DNA from: Gemmatimonadales bacterium
GTDB lineage: Bacteria; Gemmatimonadota; Gemmatimonadetes; Gemmatimonadales; GWC2-71-9
Assembly: GCA_037045245.1 (NCBI GenBank)
Contig: JBAOHR010000009.1
Span: forward strand, 75,241-139,240
DNA length: 64,000 bases
Direction of reading: 5' to 3'
The notes below the pieces were generated by a model, which made no database searches, had not been told where the DNA came from, and was given only the letters and a program-made list of their open reading frames with translations. Made by a program: the position numbers and the translations under genes. Of the stretch, positions 9,158 to 19,078 are shown piece after piece. Position 1 is the stretch's first letter, and each line of letters opens with the position of its first letter.

Positions 9158-10792
9158 TTACGGCGTCGGACGGGCCGCCGGAGCCGCCTCAGGCTTCCGC
9201 GGCAACTTCTCGTCGCGCTGCGCCGCCTGCCAGGCGAACGCGGCCAGGACGGCGGCATTCCACTTCATGTCCTCGGGCTGGATCTTCTCGTAAACGTCCA
9301 TGTTCGAGTGGTGGGTCCGGCTGTTGTAGTCGAGCCCGTCCTGAATGAACTGGAAGCCCGGGAGACCGGCGCCATCGATCGACTGGTGGTCCGTGCCGCC
9401 GGTGTTCGAGACGGTCAACGTCTTCATCCCGCCGGCGTTGAACGGCGCCATCCAGGCCTGGAAGATCGGCGCCACGGCCGTGTTGCCCTGCTGGTAGACG
9501 CCGCGGATCTTGCCGCCGCCGTTGTCGACGTTGAAATAGGCCGAGAACTTGGCATGCTCCGGGAGCAACTTGAGCCCGGTCGAGTCGCGCGTGGCATAGT
9601 GCTTCGCCACATAGGCGCGGGAGCCCATCAGCCCCTGCTCTTCACTCGTCCACAGCGCGATCCGGATGGTCCGACGCGGCTTCAGGTTGAGGGTCTTGAG
9701 GATCCGCATCGCCTCCATCATCGTCGCCGAGCCGGCGCCGTTGTCGGTGGCGCCGGTGCCCGAGTGCCACGAATCGAAGTGGCCCCCGATCATCACGACC
9801 TCGTCCTTGAGCGCCGGGTCGGTCCCCGGGATCTCGGCGATCACATTGAACGACGTCGAGTCCGCCGGGATGAAGCGGTTCTGCATGTCGAGCTCGAGCT
9901 GGACGGGAATGTTCTTCTCCGCCATGCGCCAGATCCGGCCGTACGACTCGTACGCGACGTGCACCATCGGCACCTGCGGCGCCTTGAGGTTGCGCGACGC
10001 GCCGTTGTCGGTGAAGAGCGTGCCGTCGCTGCCACGCGCCAGCATCAGGACAGCCGCCACGCCCTGCTGTTCCATGAAGCGAAGCGCCGCGGTGTCGGTG
10101 GTCACGTTGAACGGCCGCACGCCGCCGACGCCAAACCCGCCACGACCACCACCGGCCGGTGCACCACGGCCACCGCCCGCGGCCGGCGGCGGCGGGGCGG
10201 CGGCCATTTGCGCCAACTGCTCATCGGTGTAGCGAACGGCATCCGGGGTGAACTTCTGCGACGGCAGCCCGTTCGGCGCCGCCAGCATCATGAACTTCCC
10301 CTTGATCTTCCCGGCGTACTTCGCCTTGAAGGAATCGAGCGTCATCGCGGTGTCGCGCGGCACGATCACGACGCCGCCGGCCACCTTCCCCTTGGTGCCC
10401 GCCGACCAGGCGCGCGGCGCCGCGATGACCTGGAAGAAATTCGGCGCCGTCGAGACGAAGGTGAAGCGCTGATTCTCCCACCCGAGGCCGGCTGGCGTGC
10501 TCCACGGCTCGAGGGCCACGTTGCTGAGCCCCCATCCCTTCATCGTGGTGGCGGCCCAGTTGCCGGCCTTGGTGAGGTTCGGCGACCAGGCGAGGCGCGG
10601 CCCGTAGACGTCGGTCAGCCAGCTCATGATGTCCATGACCTGCGAGCGATCGGTGGCTTCGGCCTTGATCTTCTCGATCGTGGCGACGTCGACCTTCTCC
10701 TGGGCGAGGAGCGGGGCAGTCGGGGCAACAAGGGCGAGCGCCACGGCGGCGCGGAGCGCCGGAACGAGGCGCGGCACGAAAGCGTGCGACAT
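9158..10792 (-). CDS. M28-family aminopeptidase with PA domain, secreted
   Basis: Intact 544-aa ORF with a signal peptide (LRAAVALALVAPTAPLLAQ). The M28 metal-binding blocks are VVMIGGHFDSWHSGTGATDNGAGSATMMEAMRIL and IRIALWTSEEQGLMGSRAYV, followed later by TDHQSF-like GGTDHQSID. Confidence 0.85.
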   Translation of the reverse strand: MSHAFVPRLVPALRAAVALALVAPTAPLLAQEKVDVATIEKIKAEATDRSQVMDIMSWLTDVYGPRLAWSPNLTKAGNWAATTMKGWGLSNVALEPWSTPAGLGWENQRFTFVSTAPNFFQVIAAPRAWSAGTKGKVAGGVVIVPRDTAMTLDSFKAKYAGKIKGKFMMLAAPNGLPSQKFTPDAVRYTDEQLAQMAAAPPPPAAGGGRGAPAGGGRGGFGVGGVRPFNVTTDTAALRFMEQQGVAAVLMLARGSDGTLFTDNGASRNLKAPQVPMVHVAYESYGRIWRMAEKNIPVQLELDMQNRFIPADSTSFNVIAEIPGTDPALKDEVVMIGGHFDSWHSGTGATDNGAGSATMMEAMRILKTLNLKPRRTIRIALWTSEEQGLMGSRAYVAKHYATRDSTGLKLLPEHAKFSAYFNVDNGGGKIRGVYQQGNTAVAPIFQAWMAPFNAGGMKTLTVSNTGGTDHQSIDGAGLPGFQFIQDGLDYNSRTHHSNMDVYEKIQPEDMKWNAAVLAAFAWQAAQRDEKLPRKPEAAPAARPTP

Positions 10793-10923
10793 CAGCGGGA
10801 ACTCCAGATGAGGGACGTGCGGTGAGGGAACCGGCGAACAATGACGCCCGGGCCGCCGATTGTCACCCCCAGCCGGCCCGGACGTACCAACGCGATACGC
10901 CGGCTGCCCTCGGCAGGTTGGTG

Positions 10924-12016
10924 CTACGGCGCCAACCGGTCGCCCGACGCGGCGTCAAACCAGTGGAGTCCCCCTGGGGCGATGGCGCAGCGGAGGGGTT
11001 GCCCCGGATGAAAGCCGACCCCGGCCGCGACTCGCAGCGTCACCGGGACGCCGGCCGCCAGGACGGTCACCAGTGCCTCGTGGCCAAGCGGCTCGACCTC
11101 CTCGACCACCGCCTCGAAGCCGGGACTCCCCTCCCCCGGCATGATCGCCTCCGGACGAACCCCGAGCACCACCGGCGTGCCCGCAGCGACAGCCGGCAGC
11201 CCGGCCGCGGCGAGTCGCAGGACCAGCCCCCCCTCGCTCCGGAACTGCGGCCCATCGTCGCCGGTGATCACGCCCCGCAGGACGTTCATCGGCGGCGAGC
11301 CGAGGAAGCCGGCGACGAAGAGATTCGCCGGGCGATCGTACACCTCAAGCGGCGCGCCGGCCTGCTGCACGCGGCCCTCGTGCATCACCACGATGCGGTC
11401 GCCGAGCGTCATCGCCTCGACCTGGTCGTGGGTGACATAGATCGTGGTGGTGCCGAGGCGACGGCGCAGCGCGGCGAGTTCGCGGCGCGTCTGCGTCCGC
11501 AACTTGGCGTCGAGATTCGAGAGCGGTTCGTCGAAGAGGAAGACCTGCGGCTGGCGCACGATGGCGCGGCCCAGCGCGACCCGCTGCCGCTGCCCGCCGG
11601 AGAGCTGGCGCGGCTTGCGGTCCAGCAGCCCGCCGATGTCGAGCAGCTCCGCGGCCTCGCGGACCATCGTCGCGATCCGATCCGCGGGCGTCTTCCGCAG
11701 CTTGAGGGCGAACGCGAGGTTCTCGCGGACCGTCATGTGCGGGTAGAGGGCGTAATTCTGGAACACCATCGCGATGTCACGATCGCTGGGCCGGCACGTC
11801 GTTGACGACGCGGTCGCCGATGCGGATCGTCCCCTCGGTGACGTCCTCCAGCCCCGCCACCATCCGGAGCGTGGTGCTCTTGCCGCATCCGGAGGGCCCG
11901 ACCAGCACGAGGAATTCGCCCTCGGCGATCGCGAGATCGATTCGATGGACGGCCACCTGAGCCGAGCCCTTCTCCTCGTATATCTTCCGGACACCTTCCA
12001 GCGTCACTCTTGCCAT
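10924..12016 (-). pseudogene. Sugar-type ABC transporter ATP-binding protein (MalK/UgpC-like); one frame break as written
   Basis: The N-terminus with Walker A lies in ORF 11777..12160 ([75 protein letters not shown]). The rest lies in ORF 10924..11994 ([23 protein letters not shown]...[16 protein letters not shown]...[15 protein letters not shown], with a C-terminal MalK-type regulatory domain). The break is near 11780 in a CCC run. Confidence 0.85.
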
Positions 12017-12369
12017 CGAGATGCCTCGTGCCCGAACCTCGGACGTTCCAGTTTCCGGCCAACTTCCTCTGGGGTGCGGCAACCTCCGCCTACCAGATCG
12101 AGGGCTCGCCCCTCGCCGACGGCGCGGGTCCGAGCAATTGGCACCGGTTCTCCCACACACCCGGCACGACCGAACTCGGGGCCACCGGGGACGTCGCCTG
12201 TGATCACTATCGCCGGGCGCCCGACGACGTGCAGCTGATGCGCGCGCTGGGCCTGCAGGCGTACCGCTTCAGCCTCTCCTGGAGCCGCATCCTGCCGACC
12301 GGCCGCGGCGCCGTGAACGCTGCCGGCCTCGGTTTCTACGATCGCCTGGTCGCCGACCCGGATCGCTGA
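12010..12369 (+). pseudogene. GH1 beta-glucosidase, N-terminal remnant only (about 119 of about 450 codons)
   Basis: The ORF reads ...[40 protein letters not shown]...[54 protein letters not shown]. It then diverges (ADPDR) and stops. None of the downstream GH1 blocks (NEP, ITENG) occurs in any frame afterwards. Confidence 0.8.
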
Positions 12370-12414
12370 CTCCCGGGGGAATCCCGCACGCCAGGATCCG
12401 GTCTGGTAGCACCC

Positions 12415-12448
12415 CGCCGCCCCCCAGTCTTCCGATTGGGGGGCGGCG
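12415..12448 (+). other. GC-rich hairpin in the 300-nt non-coding gap after the truncated GH1 gene
   Basis: CGCCGCCCCCC (12415-12425), a 12-nt loop agtcttccgatt, then GGGGGGCGGCG (12438-12448): an 11-bp perfect stem with no U tract. Confidence 0.6.
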
Positions 12449-12666
12449 TGCTGCGAGGCACGACCGCCAATCCTTGGACAAAGACCCGCCGACAGGGCAA
12501 TTTCGTACCGTGGTGGGGTCGCGTCCCGCGCCCCGCTGCCCGCCCAGTCCCCGTGCCGGTATCCAATGATGCGGTTGGTCCATAGTCCGGCGGTCGCGAG
12601 CCGCCTCCCCCCCTGCCCTTCCGCACTGCCGCGTGCAGGCGATCCAGGGCACACCCCGTCGGGCCA

Positions 12667-13494
12667 GTGACGCAGCCGCTCGCGAAGGGGAGGCTGGAGG
12701 TGAGCGCGCAGGGCCCGGGCCTCTCCGTGCACTGCCAGGAACTCACCTGCTCCTACCGGAGTGACCGGGGCTCCGTCCCCGCGCTCGACCGGATCACGCT
12801 CTCCCTGCGCCCGCAGGAATTCGTCTCGTTGGTGGGACCGAGCGGCTGCGGCAAGTCCACCCTGATCCGCGCGATCGCCGGGCTGATGCCGCCGACGTCG
12901 GGGCGCATCCTCTACGGCGACGTCCCGGGCGGCGCGGGCAGTCCGCGCGGCGGCCTCGTCGTGCAGGAGAACGGCACCTTTCCGTGGATGAGCGTCGTCG
13001 ACAACGTCGCCTTCGGGCTGGAGATGCAGGGTGTCGGCCGAACCGAGCGCCGTGATCGGGCCCAGGCCTACCTCGAGCGCGTCGGACTCGCCGGCCACGC
13101 GCACCACTTCCCGCACGAATTGTCCGTCGGGATGCGGCAGCGTGTCGGCATCGGGCGGGCCTTCGTGGCCGAGTCTCCGATCCTGCTGATGGACGAGCCG
13201 TTCGGCGCCCTCGACGCGCAGACGCGCTGGGTGCTCCAGACCGAGTTGTTGCGGGTCTGGTCGGAGAGCAAGCGGCTGGTGCTCTTCGTCACCCACGACA
13301 TCCACGAGGCGGTCCTCCTCGCCGACCGCGTGGTGGTGATGAGCGGACATCCGGGCCGCATCCGCGAGGAGCTCCCGGTGGCCGTCGGCCGTCCGCGTGA
13401 CCCGCGCGACGTGTCGCGGAAGGCGCAGGAGTTGATCTCCCACATCTGGCGACTGCTCGGCGAAGAGGTCGCGAGCGGCCTCACCGACCGATGA
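12667..13494 (+). CDS. ABC transporter ATP-binding protein, NitT/TauT (nitrate/sulfonate/taurine-like) family
   Basis: Intact 275-aa ORF. Walker A is [12 protein letters not shown], the signature is LSVGMRQRVGIGRAF, Walker B is LLMDEPFGALD, and the H-loop is VTHDIHEA. The stop overlaps the permease start (ATGA). Confidence 0.88.
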   Translation: MTQPLAKGRLEVSAQGPGLSVHCQELTCSYRSDRGSVPALDRITLSLRPQEFVSLVGPSGCGKSTLIRAIAGLMPPTSGRILYGDVPGGAGSPRGGLVVQENGTFPWMSVVDNVAFGLEMQGVGRTERRDRAQAYLERVGLAGHAHHFPHELSVGMRQRVGIGRAFVAESPILLMDEPFGALDAQTRWVLQTELLRVWSESKRLVLFVTHDIHEAVLLADRVVVMSGHPGRIREELPVAVGRPRDPRDVSRKAQELISHIWRLLGEEVASGLTDR

Positions 13495-14276
13495 GCACCC
13501 TGCGCCGATCTGCCGACCGCCTCGCCTGGCTCTCGCCGGCGGTCATCGTCCTGCTGCTCGGCTCCTGGGAAGCCGGCGTGCGCCTTGGCGGGATCTCGCC
13601 GCTCCTCACCCCGGCCCCGAGTACGATCCTTCGCGAGCTGGCCACGCTCCTCGCCAACGGGGTGATGCTGACCAACCTCGGCGCCACGCTGCTGCGGCTC
13701 GGGATCGGCCTGGTGCTCGGCGCCAGCCTCGGCGTCGGTCTCGGACTCGCGATGGGCTGGTGGCCGACACTGCGTCGCACCGTCGATCCGATCGTCGCCG
13801 GGATCCACCCAATTCCGAAGATTGCGCTCTTCCCGATCCTGATCGTGCTGCTGGGTATCGGCGAGGAATCGAAGATCGCCGCGATCGCCATCGGGGCCTT
13901 CTTCCCGAGCCTCATCAACACGATGGCCGGCGTGCGTGCGATCAGCCCGGTGCAACTCGACCTGGCGCGCAACTACGGCGCCGGGACCCGTGCGATGTTC
14001 CTCCGCATCCTGCTGCCAGGAAGCCTGCCGCTGGTGCTCACCGGCCTCCGCATCTCGGCCAACGTCGCCTTCCTCTCCGCCATCGGCGTCGAGATGATCT
14101 CGGCGCACACCGGCCTCGGGTCGCTGCTCTGGCTTTCCTGGCAGGTCTTCCGGATCGAGCAGCTCTATGCGACGCTGATCGTCGTGGCGCTGGTGGGCGT
14201 CTCGCTCACCCTGACGGTCCGCGCCGCGAGCCATCGCTGGGCCCCGTGGTTGACCGACTCGGGCGTCGGGCTCTGA
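13491..14276 (+). CDS. ABC transporter permease (BPD_transp_1; SsuC/TauC-like)
   Basis: Intact 261-aa ORF with about 6 hydrophobic helices. The EAA-like loop reads NTMAGVRAISPVQLDLARNYGAGTRAMFLRILLPGSLP. Confidence 0.85.
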   Translation: MSTLRRSADRLAWLSPAVIVLLLGSWEAGVRLGGISPLLTPAPSTILRELATLLANGVMLTNLGATLLRLGIGLVLGASLGVGLGLAMGWWPTLRRTVDPIVAGIHPIPKIALFPILIVLLGIGEESKIAAIAIGAFFPSLINTMAGVRAISPVQLDLARNYGAGTRAMFLRILLPGSLPLVLTGLRISANVAFLSAIGVEMISAHTGLGSLLWLSWQVFRIEQLYATLIVVALVGVSLTLTVRAASHRWAPWLTDSGVGL

Positions 14277-14371
14277 GCGCCGCGCGCGCGGCCCCGGGCG
14301 ACGACATCGCCTCGGAGCTGGTCGCCTTCGGGCGCTTCCTGCTTGGCCTGCCCCGCTTCCTCCGCCAGCGG

Positions 14372-15916
14372 ATGTCGGCCGCCGAGGCCGAGGCGATCCT
14401 CGCCGATCGGCTCGCACACCGCGAGCAGAATTTCCTCGCGCTCATCCGCCATGGCGTGATCGAGCACGCCGCGAGTCCGTATCGCGCCCTGCTGGCCGAG
14501 GCGCGCTGCGAATTCGCCGACCTGGAACGGCTGGTGACCGAGCGCGGCCTCGAGCCGGCACTCCGAGAGCTCCACGCGGCTGGCGTCCACCTGACGTTCG
14601 AGGAGTTCAAGGGACGGGTGCCGGTGGTGCGGAACGGGCGCGAGATCCCCTGCACCGCCGACGATTTTTCCAACCCGAGCCATCGCCGCTACTTCGCCGT
14701 CGGGTCGGGCGGCACGACTGGCCCGTCGCGGCGCGCGCGGATGGACCTGATGGCGATGCGCGGACGGATGCCGCATCGCGTGATGTTCCGCAAGGTGCAC
14801 GGCATCACCGACGCCGCCGTGGCGCGGTGGCAGAACATTCCGCCCGGGAACGGCCTGACCCATGCCCTGATGGCCGCCCCGGCCGGCGAACGGCTCGAAG
14901 CGTGGTACACCTCGTCGGTGGGCGGAGCGGACGGCACGTCGTCGCGCTTTCTCCTGGCGACGCAGGTGGCAGTGACCGTCGCGCGACTGACCGGTTCGAA
15001 GGTGCCGCGCCCGGTCTTCCTGCCGTTCGACCAGGCGATCCGCCTCGCGCAATGGGCGGAAGCGCGGGTGCGGGCGGAGGGTGTCGCCGTCATTCGCGGC
15101 CCGGTGAGTCGACTCGTGCGCGTCGCGGTCGCGGCCACCGAGGCCGGGATCGACCTTCGCGGCGTGGTCATGGGTGGCGGGGGCGAACCGCCGACCCCGG
15201 CGAAGGTGGCGACCATCCTCAAGAGCGGCGCGCGCTTCGTCGCCAACTACTCGTTCTCGGAAGCCGGCTCGGTCGGCTCGGCCTGCCTGCACTCGGATGA
15301 TCCGAACGACCAGCACTTCCTGCAGGATCATCTCGCACTGATCCAGTCGCCACGCATGGTGCCGGGTTTCGCCGTCGAGGTCGCGGCCTTCTGCTTCACG
15401 ACGCTCCTGCCGACGGCCGGCAAGGTGCTGATCAACGTGGAATCCGACGATTACGGCGTGATCGACCAGCGCCCGTGCGGCTGCGCCTGGGAACGCCTGG
15501 GCTACCCGACGCACCTGCGCGGCATCCGCAGCTTCAAGAAGCTGACCGGCGAGGGAATCACCCTCGTCGGCAGCGACGTCGAGCGCGTGATCGACGAAGT
15601 GCTCCCCGCGCGCTTCGGAGGGTCGCCGCTGGATTATCAGCTTGAGGAGACGGAGGACGAGCGCGGCTTCACCCAGGTCGTGCTGCGGATTGCGCCACAC
15701 CTCCCGAATGTCGACGAAGCCGCGGCAGTGCAGTTGCTGCTCGACGCGCTGCGACGGATCGATGCGGGCGGAGCATCCGCCTCGAACGCCTGGTCGCAGG
15801 CCGGCACCCTCCGGGTCCGGCGCGAGGCGCCGCACGCCACGGCGCGCGGCAAGGTGATGCCATTGCATTCCTCCCGGGCGACTGCGGTCGTCCCTCCGCG
15901 TGGAGACACGTCATGA
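14372..15916 (+). CDS. Adenylate-forming enzyme, PaaK / coenzyme F390 synthetase (CapK)-like
   Basis: Downstream part of ORF 13760..15916. AVGSGGTTGPSR resembles the (S/T)(S/G)G(S/T)TGxP P-loop of ANL-type adenylating enzymes, and the size and layout resemble PaaK/F390 synthetase-like proteins. The start is uncertain: it may be ATG 14372, or GTG near 14249 overlapping the permease. The stop overlaps the next start (ATGA). Confidence 0.55.
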   Translation: MSAAEAEAILADRLAHREQNFLALIRHGVIEHAASPYRALLAEARCEFADLERLVTERGLEPALRELHAAGVHLTFEEFKGRVPVVRNGREIPCTADDFSNPSHRRYFAVGSGGTTGPSRRARMDLMAMRGRMPHRVMFRKVHGITDAAVARWQNIPPGNGLTHALMAAPAGERLEAWYTSSVGGADGTSSRFLLATQVAVTVARLTGSKVPRPVFLPFDQAIRLAQWAEARVRAEGVAVIRGPVSRLVRVAVAATEAGIDLRGVVMGGGGEPPTPAKVATILKSGARFVANYSFSEAGSVGSACLHSDDPNDQHFLQDHLALIQSPRMVPGFAVEVAAFCFTTLLPTAGKVLINVESDDYGVIDQRPCGCAWERLGYPTHLRGIRSFKKLTGEGITLVGSDVERVIDEVLPARFGGSPLDYQLEETEDERGFTQVVLRIAPHLPNVDEAAAVQLLLDALRRIDAGGASASNAWSQAGTLRVRREAPHATARGKVMPLHSSRATAVVPPRGDTS

Positions 15917-16929
15917 CCATCCTGCGACGTTGCCGTCGCCTCGCGCCACTCGTCGTGGCAGCGTCCCTCCTGGCGTGCCGCGCTGACGCCCCCGTGCCGG
16001 CCACCGAGGCCCTCGACACGGTCCGTGTCGCGAATGCGACCGGGCTCAGCCAGGCACCGATGTCGCTCGCGGCGGAAGAGGGCTATTTCCGCGAGGCCGG
16101 CATTGTGGTGGAGTTCGTGCCCGTCCGCCAGCATGAGGACGTGCTCGTGGCGCTGCTCACCGACAAGCTCGACGCCGCGGTCGAACTCTTCCAGGCCGGC
16201 TACTTCGGCGCGATGGCGCGCGGCGGCGCGCTCCGCTTCATCACGTCGACGGTGACGCTGACACCGGGCCACTGCCCCTACGTCGGGGTCGTCCTCCGCC
16301 CCGGCCTCGCCCCGGCGGAGGCGGCGCGGGGACTGCACAAGCTGCGGGTGTCCAACGACGGGATGTTCCGGTACCTGCTCAGCCGCGACCTCGAGTCGCA
16401 GGGCCTCCACCTCGCGTCCTTCGAACTGATCCGCCTGCAGGCCGAGCTCGCCGAGCAGGCGCTGGTGAAGGGCACCTTCGACGGGGCGATCCTCGCGGAG
16501 CCGTTCCTGAGTCGTGCCGCCCGGAGCGGCACCTTCTGGATGCCCTCGCAGGCGGCCACCCCCAACGTCGAGATCGGCGGGCTGCTCGTCGGCAACGCCC
16601 TCCTCACGACGCGCCGCGACGTGGGCATCCGCTTCCTCGCCGCCTACCGCCGTGGCGTGGCGACGTTCAACGAGGGCAAGACCCCGGCGAACTTCGCCGC
16701 GATGCAGCGCGCGACGGGGCTCGACTCCACGACCCTCGCCGGGGCGTGCTGGCCGGCGTTCCGTGCCGATGGCCGGCTCAACCTCGACGGGGTCATGGCC
16801 TACCAGTCCTGGCTGGTCAAGCAGGGGCTCGCCGACGTGACCGCGACACCGGCGCAGTTCTGGGATTCGACCTTGGTGGCGGCTACCGACACCATTCTTC
16901 GCCACACTCCACCGAGGACGCCACAATGA
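15913..16929 (+). CDS. ABC transporter substrate-binding lipoprotein (NMT1/THI5-like, SsuA/TauA family)
   Basis: Intact 338-aa ORF with a lipobox (VVAASLLACRAD). The sequence continues ...LSQAPMSLAAEEGYFREAGIVVEFVPVRQHEDVLVALLTDKLDAAV..., typical of the type-2 periplasmic binding fold of NitT/TauT systems. The stop overlaps the receptor start (ATGA). Confidence 0.7.
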   Translation: MTILRRCRRLAPLVVAASLLACRADAPVPATEALDTVRVANATGLSQAPMSLAAEEGYFREAGIVVEFVPVRQHEDVLVALLTDKLDAAVELFQAGYFGAMARGGALRFITSTVTLTPGHCPYVGVVLRPGLAPAEAARGLHKLRVSNDGMFRYLLSRDLESQGLHLASFELIRLQAELAEQALVKGTFDGAILAEPFLSRAARSGTFWMPSQAATPNVEIGGLLVGNALLTTRRDVGIRFLAAYRRGVATFNEGKTPANFAAMQRATGLDSTTLAGACWPAFRADGRLNLDGVMAYQSWLVKQGLADVTATPAQFWDSTLVAATDTILRHTPPRTPQ

Positions 16930-19054
16930 CCCCCCTGGCACTGCGACGCCTTGTCCCGCGCGGACTGCTCCTGATTTCCCTGGCGTGCCTCCCCCGTCTC
17001 GGGGCCCAGGGCGTGCCCGACAGCGCGCAGCAGCGCCCGGTCACCAAGCTCGGCGAAATCGTCACGACGGCGTCCCGCGTGAGCGAGCTCGTCGGCCAGA
17101 GTCCCGTCAACGTCACGACGATCACCCGCCGCGACCTCGCGACGACGCCAGCGTCGACGGTGCCGAGCCTGCTGTGGCGGATCCCGGGCTTCACGATGCG
17201 CGACCATCAGAGCGCCTCGGCGAGCAGCCCGGGGCGTCGCGTCGCCTCGTTCCGCGGCCTCTCCGGCAGCTCGGGCGGACGCACGCTCATCCTGGTCGAC
17301 GGTGTGCCGCTCAACGACGGATTCAACGGGTACATGCAGTGGAACCGGATTCCGCTCGCACTGGTCGATCGGGTCGAGGTGATCCGTGGTGGTGGTTCGA
17401 TGATCTGGGGCAGTCGTTCGCTGGGCGGCGTGGTCAACATCCTGACCCGGCGTCCGTCGGCGACAGGGCTGCAGGCCCAGGCCGAGGGCGGCACCGGCAA
17501 CAGCTATCGCGGGACCGTGAGCGGCAGCCTGGTGCACGCGAAGCTCCGCGCGTCGGCGACGACCGACTGGTCCGGCACCGATGGCTATCTGGTCACCCGT
17601 CCCGATCTTCGGGGCGCCGCCGACGTGCCATCGGGCGACAAGACGAAGGTGGTCACGGGGCAACTCGCGTATGATCTCACGCCCGCGCTGGAGGCCACGG
17701 CGAGCGGCAGCTATTTCGACCTCGATTCGCGCGGACCGACGCCGGGCGGCGGCAACACCTCCGACGCGTCGGAGCTTCGCGCCGGGCTGCGCTGGCTCTC
17801 CGGCCGCAGGCGGCCTCTGGTCGCTGCGGACGCTACCGGACCCACACGAACTACCTGAACCACAGCGGCATCGTGTCGAGCGACCGGAACACGGAGACGC
17901 CGAACCGCGAGCAGACGCAGGCGGCCACGGTGCTGGCCGCGTCGCTGCAGTGGTCCCAGCTGCTCGCCGGGCGGCACCAGGTATCGGCGGGTCTCGACCT
18001 CTCGCGTGCCGAGGGGACGATCGACGAGCTCGGCAACTACGTCAACGGCGCCTGGACGCTGAACCGCGGCAATGGCGGCGAGCAGCAGCTCGGCGGGCTC
18101 TTCCTCCAGGACAACATCCGGCTGAACGACCGCTGGCAGCTGCAGGCCGCGCTCCGCGGCGACCGCATCCACAACGTCGACGGCTATCGGCTCGACACCA
18201 CGCTCCCCGCGGGGACGGCGGTGCTCGACACGGCGTATGCGACGGTGACCCGGAACCACCTGAACTACAGCGTCGGCCTGCGCTTCGAGGCCTCGCCGCA
18301 GATGACGTGGCGCGCCAGCACCTATTCGGCGCTCCGGGCGCCGACGCTCTTCGAGCTCTACCAGACGAACTACTCGACCCGCGGTGCCGTCATCGCGGCC
18401 AACCCCTCGCTCCGCCCCGAGACGCTCCGCGGCGTCGAACTCGGCGTGGACCTGCTGCCGTCGCCTACCTCGGTCCTGCGCCTCAACGCCTTCCTCAACA
18501 AGGTGGAAGACGCGATCCTCGACTTCACGATCGGGACGGCGACCACGAACGGTCAGGTGTTCACCGAATGCGGGGCCGTGCCGAGGAACCAGGCGTGCCG
18601 GCAGCGCCGCAACGTCGCCGGGCTCCGGACCCTCGGCCTCGAGTCGGAGGTCGAGCTCCATCCCGCCGCGCACTGGAGCGTCTGGGGGAGCTACACCTAC
18701 AACCCGACGCGCATCGACGCCCCGGGCGACGCGATCGACGGCCTGCTCGCGCGCGGGGCGGCGAAGCACATGGCGTCCGCGAGCGTCACCTTCGACGCCC
18801 CGAAGCTGGCGACGCTCACGATCGAGCAGCGCTACGTCGGCCCGCGCCAGGACGACGACCTGAACACCACGCCGCTCGACCACTTCTTCGTCACCGGGCT
18901 GCGCGCCTCGCGCCAGCTGGTGCCGCAGGCGACGCTCTACGTGAAGGTGGAGAACCTCTTCGACACCCGGTATGAGGTGACCCGCAGCACCAACGGCTAT
19001 GTCGAGGTCGCGATGCCGCGCTGGATCACCGTGGGGATGAAGACTTCGTGGTGA
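16926..19054 (+). pseudogene. TonB-dependent receptor; two closely spaced frame breaks as written
   Basis: Signal peptide and plug lie in ORF 16746..17858 (GEIVTTASRVSELVGQSPVNVTTITRRDL...SFRGLSGSSGGRTLILVDGVPLNDGFNGYMQWNRIPLALVDRVEVIRGGGSMIWGSRSLGGVVNILT). The barrel lies in ORF 17873..19054 and ends ...VKVENLFDTRYEVTRSTNGYVEVAMPRWITVGMKTSW. A short bridging piece (WSLRT) lies in the frame of ORF 17581. Breaks are near 17800-17835. Confidence 0.88.
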
Positions 19055-19078
19055 CCGGACGCGGGTGATGGGGACGTC

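Noticed and set aside
12374-12384. Possible att-site remnant. GGGGAATC near the GH1 truncation point matches part of the tRNA-Ala T-arm region (GGGGAATCGAACC at 22184-22196). This would hint that 12.4-22.2 kb is a tRNA-targeted island.
   Set aside because: Only 8 identical nucleotides match, with no extension on either side. There is no integrase or other mobility gene anywhere in the interval. I could not assess any compositional difference by eye.
12370-12666. Riboswitch (TPP or cobalamin) in the 300-nt leader of the NMT1/THI5-type ABC operon.
   Set aside because: I could not find the diagnostic cores: CUGAGA with ACCUGAUCUGGAUAAUGCCAGCG for TPP, or the B12 box with GCCACUG for cobalamin. 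Only loose resemblances exist (CCAGGATCCGG). An Rfam covariance-model scan would be decisive, and I cannot run it.
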